Assembly: GCA_977030845.1 (NCBI GenBank)
Contig: OZ365112.1
Location: 6,262,001 to 6,326,000, forward strand
DNA from: Fimbriosthenelais zetlandica
Taxonomy: Eukaryota
Length of the DNA: 64,000 bases
Reading direction: 5' to 3'
Under the pieces are notes generated by a model, which was not told where the DNA came from, searched no databases, and saw only the letters and a program-made list of their open reading frames with translations. How positions within the stretch are numbered: the first letter of the stretch is position 1; the number at the start of each line of letters is the position of its first letter. The translations under genes were made by a program, and so were the position numbers. Shown one piece after another: positions 41,001-53,000 of this stretch.

Positions 41001-44000
41001 TATAGAGATATTTATGGATAGATTTGTATATATAACCAACCGCATGATTTACAGCAATCCTGTTATATAGCACACCTCTGCTAATCAATACTCTTGTGTT
41101 TCCCCCAGGTTACCGTAGCCCATAAAGACATGCTGAGCCAGGAGGTGCCAGCACAAAGTCCCGGGAGGGGCACTCTATTCCTCCAGGAACCACCTACATT
41201 CCCTTCTCCTGGGGTTGCGCAGCATGTTCCCTCCTATAAGTTACCGGAGGAGATGGCTGTACTGGAGGATGGAGAGATAGACATCACCTCCAAACATCAC
41301 CCGTCCATTCATCCCCAATCTTCCAAACCACCGCCAGCTTATCACCATCTGAATGAAAATATTGATTGTCCATTAGGCCGACCATCCAGCTTGACAGGGC
41401 GTAATGAGAGACAGATAGTAAATGCTGGTATGAATGCTCCACCCACTCCCTCAGTCAGGATTCCACTCCGATGTCAACCCCACCAAGACAAGATAATTCA
41501 TACCTCCTACCAAACTTCAGTCACAACCAAACAACATCCAAAACCCCCTCAAAGGTCCCCTCAAGTTGTACCTGGGCACTCCACCTCCCCTGGAATTCTA
41601 ACGGGATCACATTTCAATAAAAACAACAGCCGGGAGAGAAAAGCCCGCCCCCAGCCTTCCTGGCTGTCCTCCCAAGACTCCCTCAGTGATCTGAGTTTCT
41701 TGGACTCTCCACTAATAAAATCAAGCTCCTCAAGGCTGGTCAGGCTAGGTGATCACAGCCAGTGTTCTCTCCCAGAAGACTCTGATTCAAGGGAAAGTAA
41801 ACCTGATCTGGGCAAACCAGTGAGTGGAATGAGAAAGGAGAAAGACATGCTAATAAGGAATGACAAGAAAGAAACTTTAGATCCTCGCCTGCCTGATAAG
41901 GGACAGTTGAGGATGTTGACTGAGAATGGTTCTCCTATCGTTATCCATCAATCTTTACAAGTTGATGATGGTAATAGGACTGATCTCCATGCTCCACAGC
42001 CCAGCCACATAATAGAGATGGAGAAGGCGTGGCAATCGACGCAGGATACCGATGAGACAGGCTTTAGCGAAACTGATAATAGTCCAGGCGAGAATGGTGT
42101 GACTACCCCGGTGCCCGGTAACAGTGGAGGTGCTTCTAAGTGGGATGTTTTCAGGGAAGAAGAGGAGTTACATCAGTGTAATAGTGTCTATCACGGCAGG
42201 TTTAGTCCCCGATCACATCCAACTACAGATCTGTCTACCATCAAATCCCTGTCTGACAACAATTCCCTGTCTACCAACCACTCCCTGTCTAACAACCACT
42301 CCCTGTCTAACAACCACTCCCTGTCTAACAACCACCCCCTGTCTAATAACCATACCCTGTCTACCAACAATTCCCTGTCTGCCAACTATACCCTGTCTAA
42401 CAACCACTCCCTGTCTACCAACCACCCCCTGCCTATATCTATGATAAATGATGACAATGATAAGCATTCGCCTGAGAACGAATGGCAAGATGATATCTTG
42501 GTCATGACGTCATCAGATAACACATCTTCCCCCGGTCCATCCTCTAATTTTCTACAAAAACAAAGTTCTCTCAGGGGCGGGTTTCCCAAGACATTCACCC
42601 CAGACATTCATTACGGCAGCCACCCAGCAAACAAAGTAGATCCATGTTATCTCTATGAGGACTTGGGTAAAGAGGCCTCGGAAGTGGCCTCGGAACTGTC
42701 ATCTCCCAACCAGTACTTTCTTGATTCAGGGAGCCCTGGCCCTGCCGCCTACTACCCTGACACTCCCCAGCCTGCCGCTCTCCCGGCACTGCCACGAGAG
42801 GGCATCACAGGCCACGCAAAATACCGCCCAACTGTCATAGGTCACATGACCAAGTTCCGTGCCCCAAGGCTTGCAGGTGGATCTGGCGCTGCAATGGAAG
42901 TCCCAGCCTTCACCGCCCCCCGTTGTATTAGAGGTAATACCAACATATCGACAAACACGGAAACCTGTTACAACTCATCTTATGGGACCAAACAGGTATA
43001 AACCTCAGGGCTATCTATGTATTATAGGGTCAATTTATTGTCTGTGGTAGAATGACATAGAGATGATTGATGAGAGGTAAAGATGCCATGTGATAGGCCA
43101 TAATATATGGCAGATTGACTGGGTTTCTTTCACCAGTCATATAAGTGACCCTTCCTGATCTCTAAAATGATGAACGAGCGTCATGATGGAACCAAATAAA
43201 TCACCAACCCCGCTAAAAACATTCCTAAGCGATCTCCTAGGGTAACTTCCAATGCCAATATCCCTATCCATCTCAGTGTCTATTCCTATGTTTTCTATTG
43301 GATCCACCTTTTTGAATTACTTGCACTGTTTTAAATATTGGTTTGAGGATCTTTTCTATATATGTTTAGGTAAATGGGATGTGTGGGGAGCTGCGATTCC
43401 CATGCCGGGAGGAGGTGAAGCCAGCAGTTAGTTTACAGCGCCAGGCTGTCATTCCCCCTGCCTTCTCCAGTGTGGTCTCCTATCAACACAGTTTAATAGA
43501 AGCTGTCAGGGGTGAGTAGATGAGATTCCTACCTACCCCACTTCCCCATACCAAGCGGATTCCCCCTTACTCCAATATTGCTACAGCTGGTTATTCCTAC
43601 CCAACCCCAGAGGTTTAAACCGAAATGGACTCATACTCATTCTTTTTCATTTGTCTCAAATTGAGGTATTAATAATTTAAAATTCGAAATAACTATGTAT
43701 AGGTTTAACACAGAAAGTGTGAATAGGGGATGAAAAAGGTTCATTTATGCAATACGGTATACCTATGTTCCTTTCTGTAGGCTCGATGGCTTTTTACTCC
43801 CAAGAGTAAATGCATTCCATGAAAGGAATTTTTATGCTGTCGGTTTGGAACATGGCGATTGAAATAGACCGGCCTATTAGTTTTTGTGGGCATGTATTGC
43901 GATATGTTGTATCACTCTTTGTCTCTACTCAGCTCATCCACTGACTAGAGGTCGTTTTTCATTTTAAGAGATACAAAAAATAGCAGGTTCACAAAGCAGA

Positions 44001-47000
44001 TCGCTTTCAACGGTGGAAAGGAATCCGGCTGTCGCAAATCGTTCCACTTAAAAACGCCCATCATCTGTGGTCGGTTTTTGTATTTGGGTCTGTCATTGTG
44101 AAGCTCTTGTTTCCATGCAGTGCCTTGCTATGTTGAATACATTAGAAGGCTTATGAGGGAGAACTGTCATTAGCAATGGCATGTGAGAAAATGAGTTAAA
44201 AAAACTCCTTCCACTTCTTGTCTTCTATTGTTACTGTTGCTTCTCAATGAAGGCTGATTCCTTCCACTTACCTCCAATCTATTGTTATTACATATGACAG
44301 TATTTATCCTCTCCTTTAACAATTCCAAGTCACTTACTCCTTTTCTCTTTTCCTATTTGATTTTAATTGCGCTTCAGCTTTAACATCAGATCTAACCCTG
44401 ACTTAAATCCCAACTGATCCGAACGTCCCAAATCCCTTCCTAAGCTCAAACCAAAATAAGGCTAATGATTAAGGGAAGACTTTCACATATTTCTTGGCAA
44501 GTTAAGTCCATCTTTTGTTTGTTTTACCCACAGAGCATCTCAATCTCATCCTTCATGAGGTGGCTGGTCGTTACTACGCCGCGCTGTCCAGGGTGGATAC
44601 GTCCGACTACCAGCCAGGAGAAACAGGTCAGTGTGGATAAGGCAAATTAATGATCAAAAGCCAGAGACTACCAGATCCCAGGATAAATCTCCAAGTGCTA
44701 CTCCCTTATCCTGTTTGTGGTTCTATGCCTTATCCTGACTATCAATGTCAGTCACATTCAAGGTTCTATATTGAGGTCACTTTCCATCCACGTTGAGCAT
44801 AGCATCACTTCTATTCTACCCCCTTTCTCTTTTTATACCAGTATTCAAAAGTTTCTGTCAGCATTCTGTAGGCAATTCAGTCCTTTCTTTTAAAAATATG
44901 AAAAAATAATGGGATAGTCTTCTCTGACAACTCCTTTGAAAATGTAACAAATTTTATCTTTAGGTCTATCTACAATTCCTTTATCATAGATCATTCTGCC
45001 AGGCAATTCAGTCCTTTAAATGATACCTTTATTTTAAAAATATGAAGAAATAATGGGATAGTCTTCTCTGACAACTCCTTTGAAAATGTAACAAATTTAA
45101 TCTTTAGGTCTATCTACAATTCTTTATCATAGATGCCTCAAAAATATCCTGATGGCACTCAGTACATGTATATAAACTGTGTAAAACCTATCCCAGTAAG
45201 GGGAATACAGTTGTGCTCGGCGACTCTTTGAACTTTTAATTGAATCCATTGTTCCCAGCTTAAAGAGCTTGCCATCCGTGAGCCGGGTAAGCTGCAGTGA
45301 TTAGACACTGCCCTGGAGTGACCCAACTTACTATTAATGAGATGGACTGCCTAAGCTGGGTGTGTACTTTCTGTTAAACCCGAGGTTTATGTAAGCCCGT
45401 ATATATGCTGCAGCTGGTAATTGAAAATAAACTAAAAACCCCCTGAATAGACAAAAAAACTCCCCTTAGTGTAATACGTTTCTTATTGAAATATTCACAA
45501 AATTTCGTTAATTATCATTTAAATTTTAACTCAAAAGTTTAATTTCGAAACTTGTGTCGTGTTCGGATTTCATGTTAGGTTCCATGTCTCTCGCTTCACT
45601 AGATAAGCATGCTAAATTTCATGCCTTAATTATTCCCACGCTAATTAGGATCAAACTGTTTGGTCCAAATTTCCTCAGCAATCCTGAGGAATAGCCTTGT
45701 TTATTGGATTCTGTCCAATTCTGTTCACGTGCGAGGATTTCCTTGTTTTTATTCTGAGGAAAAAATAGGATGTGAATTAACTGATGAGAAATGAGTTAGT
45801 AATGAAATGTAATTAATCTAATGTAGGAGTGTCAGCCCGCCTGTGCCAAGGTCGGCCACCCAGCAGTACCAACCCACCGTGCGAACATGGTATAGCCAGC
45901 AAGATTGCACAGGTCAAGAAAACTGGTCAGAATCAGGTAAATATATACATCTATTTTGTTACTACTTCTCCAATGGAGAACCACACCGAATTAAGCTTAC
46001 AAGTGGGACACCGGTAAACCCTTTACGTAAAGTGTTTAGATGAAAGGTCGCACGCCGGGCCCACACAGATGCGATTTGTCCAAGCGATGCAGAGCGATAG
46101 TACATTTCCAGTCACACCCAATGCTTGTAATTTTGTCAGTGGTTAGCCTTAGCTAGGTTTAAAGGACTTAAAATTACAAGCACTGGTTGTGACTAGAAAT
46201 ATACTTTTGCTCAGCAATCGCCTCTGTTTGGGCCCGGCATAAAACGCAATGTTTGTAAATGACAATCTTTAGTGTATTTTTTATCGGAATAACTCAATAA
46301 GGACAATGTTTATATTGATGTTGTCTGTACTGTGGATCATCTATGAGAACTACTGGTAATCATTGATGGTGGGGTGGGGGGGGGGGGGGGTGTGGATTAC
46401 CCACCCCACTCTGTAATGAACATAGATAGCACCACGGGCCTCGTTATAAATGCGGCCACAGGTGGGGCCACCACTTGCCCCTTAAGCCGGGGGATTAAGG
46501 GATTACCATGGCCAAGTTAGACAAGGTCACCCTTCAGCTAGATTAGGAGAAGCAAAAATCAGTATGAATACCAATAACAAATGGCTATCCTTTCAAGCTG
46601 GGGCTATGGGCTGGGCTAAATCAACTTCTCTGATGAAAAGGTCCCATCTCATCCGCCTTCTAACAAGTCGGTGAGGCAATGAATAAGATGCCCCATCTTA
46701 GGTAAGAGGAGGGAGTTAATATTTGCTGAATTTGATCAGCATTGATCTACATATCCAAAGCTCAGTTATTAGCCGATTCTATCCGAATGCAGTTCCTCGC
46801 ACTTATTACCTATAACTCATTAACATTTGCGTTTGTATTTCGAAAAGAGTTTTATATTAAAATCTTTTGGAAACTGGGAATATTTGAAGGTTTAAGGGTT
46901 ATGGTCTTATAAAAGGATCTACTCTGGATCAATATTGATCTGAGGGCATCCAGGCTATAATCTACTTTATGGTTGGACCCAAAGGAATTAAACTTACACT

Positions 47001-50000
47001 GCATGCAACCCACAACATCATGGTTCTGGTTCCCTAGTATGCGAGGCATGTATAGGAAAGTAGTTTTGATAAACTAAGCTATATATAGTCAGATGTTTTG
47101 CTTCTTTCTATTGCATCTTATTCTTTCCTATAGATTTTAGAATATCAATACTATCATTGTGGATTTGTTTTCGGAAATGTCTCAGAATAGTATTTTAATG
47201 ATACCTTTTTGTAGCTGGAAGGAGATAGATTAGATATAGGATGTGGAGGTGGGATAGTCACCTAGCCAATTGTCAGAACCATTAATGGAAGCCATGAGCT
47301 GTAAGGCAATAAAGGTATCACCTTGCATTATTACCTGTCTAACTCTTTTCGCCCTTCATCATTCCTTATTGCAAATTGCTTGTCTATTCAGGGGCGGTTT
47401 TTCTTTGCCTGCGCCAACCCACGGGAGGAGCAGTGTCGTTTCTTCAAGTGGGCAGACGAGGCGGGCAAGGCGAGACCGAACCAAAGTGGTGGGAAGAAAA
47501 AAGTGGAAAACATGAAGTTGAGCGATGGAGCTAGCATTAGCACCTACCTTCGTGGTGCAGCCGTCAGTTTCTACTGTGAATGCCAGTTGGTACGCAGAGC
47601 ACTGAATACACATAGGGGCAATATGCCTGTAAGTATGGAGTCTTAAAGATATATATTCTAAATAATTCAGGGGGAAATGGGGAAGGTAGATTCATCTTAA
47701 AAGCTATATGAGAGAAAATAAAGATGACCTATTCTGATATTGTTCTTAGAATTTGTCATTGGCATTAATTTTATATCTATTCTGTTTTGTTCATCTTGTT
47801 ACAGATTAGGAATCTCAGTAAGTGAAGGCTTTCACTACAGTAGTGATTTAAAACTGGCAGTAAATGCACATAATTGGTTTGATTTTTATCTCTGTGTGGC
47901 ATGTTGGAGGTGTGAGCTGCCATGCTGTGTATTTATTGCAGCAATTGCCATTCACCATATTAAATCCCTTTTTACTCTGTCCATAGCAAATGCTGCTGAT
48001 ATGCTATTACCCACATTAAATATTGATCCGCGTGTGTTTTCTCCTGTGGACTCACATTAACCATTATAATATATCATTGAGTTGCAGTATTATTTATGAT
48101 GATTTTGTCAAGTGATTCTGATGTTTTTTGGTCTTGTTATTAGTACTGATGGCTCATGTGTTATGTTATGTCCGGTGTTATGATTCCTTGCTGTGATTAA
48201 GACGGAGTGTCTTGTTTACCCGAGTCTCTTTCTCTGCTGTATATGTATGTGAGATTACTCTACTTTGCCCACAGACTGGGGCAATATATTGTCCATTGTT
48301 ACAGCCGCAGTATCTCCCTCTGGGACTGGTGTCCTTCTGTAGCAAATTGCCTTAATATTCCACTTCCTTTCCTGGAGTGCAAAAAGGTCTTGGTCATGGG
48401 GTATCCTTGTATTCAGTGACTGTATTCAGGATAATATATGTGAAATTGGTTCTAATTCGTTCGGCTCAATTGGTTAAAATATCAAGGTAGTTCCATTCAA
48501 TATTAAGTATTCGCGCCTGTTTGAATAATTTTTTTCTGTCAAGAGGAATCATTCCCATTCATTCCACTGAAATGCCATTGGGATCTTATGATTAAATAAA
48601 TCTGCCATGTTTATTGCAGGTGATAGTGGAAAACCTGATTAGTACATCCATGTGGATTTTGGTATAGATGAGGGACAGGATCCGGGTCTTAGGAGACAAA
48701 CAGTCCCAGGGACCACTCCGGGAACCTCTCCCTACTCTCTATATGTTTGTTACGTATTTATGCACTTTCCTCTTTGTTTTTCCCAGAACTGGATGAAGAA
48801 AAAGATGGGGATGGACAGTGAGACTCCTGAGCAGAAGAAATGGTACCTCAAGTTACCAAGAAAAGAATCCTCCAACGCTTACACTAAAGGTGAAAGCAAC
48901 TTTCTCACTTCTTTGGGTTCTCATCAAGGCTTTGTTATGGGACATTTTTTGGCATAAAAATTCGCCTAAGATTGTTGCCGTTCCCAATTGAGCATCCGCG
49001 GCCGCCTGAAAATTTGCAATAATGAACTGCGATGAATTAGATATCATGGCGGGAGTGGAAACCATTTGAAAAATGAGTTGAGCTTCTTTGGTCATCAAAA
49101 GGAAATTAATTGCTATTAAAAATTTTGATTGGCTCTTCCTTCTTGAAGGTAATTTCTGGCAACTCCATATGGGCGTCAGATTTTTCCGCCTTGAAAACAC
49201 CTCACTCAATTGAGTTTGAACTTTAAAGTCGATGGGAAAATATTTGATTAACCATGTTTTCTTACTCTTTTCCCTACTTTGTGATTTTTGTCAGGAAGTC
49301 CCATGTAACCCAACGAGTGAAGGTTTCTTTTAAACAGCCAGATTAAATTGGCCTCTCTGTCCGTAAAGCTATCCCCTGAAGGCCTAATCAACCTTGAGAT
49401 GTTTTCTTTTCCTATTTTTATACTTCTTTATTTTTGTTCTTTGTGTGATGTGGTGAAAAACACTACAGAGCCCTGCCCTGATTGTGAATGTTACCCCTCC
49501 TGACATTCTTGGTCTTTTATCCCTCACCTTCACACTGCATGTGAAATTGGAAGGTGAAAATTCTAAGGTGAAAAACCCAATGACAATATAAAAGCCTTGT
49601 AAAATTATAAGACCCTTCAGGGCCAGGTTTGAGTCGCATAAATGAAGCTGTTGCCTGTGTTTTTGTTTGTAGATGACCTCTGGGTCGTGACTCAGCAGTT
49701 TGACTGTCAGCGTCCCTCTAGTTTCCTCGCTAGGAGCGCCTTCTACGGTCCTAATCAGAACCTGGAGGTGGAACTGGAACCATTGACAGGCCTGTCACCC
49801 TCTAACTGGCTAAGTGGAAGTAAGGCTTTCCATTTCAATTTCCATTCATTTAATCAATTGGAAAAGATTTACATCCCTATGCACAGAATAGATAATTCTG
49901 TGAATTTTATTTGATTTTTGTGTAATATATGTGTATAGGTAATCAGGACCACCCCTGTTTCTATATGCCAGTTAACCGCCATATATAGATCCCAGATCCT

Positions 50001-53000
50001 GAGAAAGACCAGCTGTTTATTAATTGAATGTAGACTAGCTCAAGAAGTGTCTAATTTGCTGTTTGCATGTTGTTTAAGTATGAATTTTTCCTCCACCTTT
50101 ACCACTCTCTCTGCTCGCAGCTATTTGTCATGCCATACATGTGGGTAATGCTGCCACAGAGCTGGGATGTATCAGGAACATTGAGGAAGCTGTACACGCC
50201 TCTACCCTTCCCATCCTCCCATACCTCATTACCAGGTTAGTCTAACTTGGCATTGTTAAGGGGCAAGTTTTTGTACTTGTACTTGTCAGTAGTTGTTACT
50301 CGCACTTTTATTTTATCCCGACCAGTTGCCAATTGCTCCATCTCACGGAACCAAATTTGTTTTGCCTTGAATTTGAAATCTAATTATAAAAGTTGGGGCC
50401 AAGGACTTCCATAACAATTGTGTTACTTTATTGATAAATATGTACCGGAACTACTGCTGGTAGTTTTAACTTTACTTCCTGTTATTTATTGCCTTGTTTC
50501 TGATCGATCTCTTCCTCATGTTTTAGATATTTTAGTCGCATGTTTTATTTCCACACAACTGACTTGATGGACTGCCACTTTCTCTCATATCAAGAAAATC
50601 GAAGTAAGGCACTCCTTCATCTTCTTACATCTTGTCAATTCTTAACTACAGGATCGATTCTGACGAGCGTGGCAAGAGTGAACGATTCAACGCTCCTAAA
50701 ACCCAGGCGAGAAATGACTTCTTTGTACCAGGACATTTTGTAGTAAGCATACACATAATCTCTCTCATTTCCTGAGTGTGATTTTTGTTCTGATTCATTT
50801 CGCTTCTGTGGACACTAATCAGGATCATTCATAGAAAAAATGGCGCGGATGAAGTTTTCTGTTCTCGCTTGTTTCTTTTCATCTATATAATGATGCATAA
50901 TGATAAAGTTCACACTTCTAGACGAGACACTTGGACATATTGACAGTTAAAAAACAAGTGAGCGCTTGTCATTGTCCTAACCGCTGGAGTAAAATAATCA
51001 CTCACAATGCTAGGTACACTAAGGGCAGGTTCCTCTTTCTGAACAAGGCGATTCATTGTAAATTACTGCAAAGTGTTTTGACAGCTGACAACATATATGA
51101 AGACAGCGTGTCTGGGTCTGGCAAATTGTTATTACTTGAAACAGACTTATAGACGAGAGTTACAAATAAATTGATAGATTTTTTAAAAGAAATTGTATAT
51201 ATGTAAAAGAAATATACAGTTTAATGCTATTTAATGCGTCTATTTTGTTGTTTTATTGGAGTTTTTATTTGTAATTCAGGACGACATGGCTGGTGAAATG
51301 GTAGAGCAGTACAAATTGAATGAGGACCAATCCAATGCTTTGCTCCGAGTTGCCGCAATGTTTGCCACAGAATCCGGCCCGGCCCAGCCGCCAATCACAC
51401 TTATCCATGGTGAGTGAACACCATCCACTCACCTCCACTTATCTATCCCCACACCTCTCTGTGGCAGGCCATACATTTTCAAATTTGTAAAACAAAAAAG
51501 AGTCCGATCCGAAATGAATCCAAGAAAAAAAACTGATCTCCCAAAAAATAAACTAAAGCACCTGAAAGATTATATACCTTTTAAGGGAAAGTGGTTGAGT
51601 AAATCTGTAAGTCGAACAAACAAAAAATGGGAAAATCAATTCAAACAGTCGTTGGCTTAAACCTTGCTAGATAGAATATATCCCAGCGGAGTTAAATGGC
51701 TTTACATCGTGATAAAAAGTGTTGTGCTCTATTGAATCCTCTTGAGGAATATTTATCAAATGACGATGAAGCGTTTCCTCCTATTTTATACATAAATACC
51801 AGCCATTATATTCCCAATCTGCGAATCCATCTACGTCACATTGTGCCCTTGAAAGTCCCTCGGCTCTGATTCTGTGTGTGGCTTAATTCTATTAAAGTAA
51901 TGCATTAAACATTAGACTCAGAAAGTGTTATATTGCCTTTCTGACAACATACATATATACTTTAATTCGTTGCCTCTGAATTTGTTTCAAAACATTAGTA
52001 ATATTTCATATATGTCGTCGATTTTTCTGTATATAAAAGGCCCCCATTTTAAGCGCACATTTTCTCATAGAGGCGGGCGTGCATGTAGGTTCTTGAATGT
52101 GTTTTATCCGAACATATCACTCAATGGGAACAGAATGCCTCAAATCAGTGACTGGTGAACTCTCGTACCTTCCATTACATGTTCACATTGGATTTAAAAT
52201 CCATTTTTCTACTCCTGTTACATTTTATTTGTTGCACAAATATTAATAATTTTGTCATGTTTTTGACAGGTGTTTTCGGAGCTGGGAAGTCTTTCTTACT
52301 AGCTGTGATTGTACTTTTCCTCATCAGAGTGTTTGAGTTGAATGACTCGTACACACCTGGAGTACCTGAAGCCATGAAGATTCTTATAGCTTCTACCACC
52401 AATGTGGCAGTGGATAGGATCCTCCTCAAGTAAGGCAACGCTTTTTTGACAGGCACTGATCATTTTTCTTTTCTATTGTTGACTTCTTGATGGACTGAAA
52501 ATCCAATTTCTTTGATGGACTCTTGAATATTGACTATCTTGAATATCCTTCATTGGATGTTTTACTTTGTTCTAGTCTGCTTCAGTTGGGACATGATGAT
52601 TTCGTTCGAGTAGGAAGTGTAAAGAAAATAGCCAAACCCGTCTTACCCTACAGGTAAATTTCCAATAAATATTTTGTGAAAATGTTCTTTTTCTCTGTGT
52701 GGTGGAAGGACAGCTATGTGAGTTGGTGTTTGTAGAGCATGTGAGTAGATACAGTTGTCTGAGGACATGTTAGATGACATAGCCTCAGCTGAGATTGTGT
52801 CAGCTTGTATCCATGACGACCAAGCTTTGTCCTTCAGCTGGACTATCAAAGACATTACAGCCTCCCACCCCAGCAGTCTGCATACTCAGGCTTGACACAC
52901 ATCCTAGCAACAGAATCCATCTGTACTTCCTAATTGGAAAAACAATAGAAAGTGGCCATCAAATTTGATACTTAGTTTCTGTTCATATAATGTCGATTTA

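Noticed and set aside
42231-42428. CRISPR-like array
   Set aside because: The 18-bp units are contiguous with no spacers, lie in frame in a eukaryotic exon, and no cas genes are present.
42124-42607. Several overlapping alternative-frame and antisense ORFs
   Set aside because: They result from the stop-free 18-bp repeat and are not independent genes.
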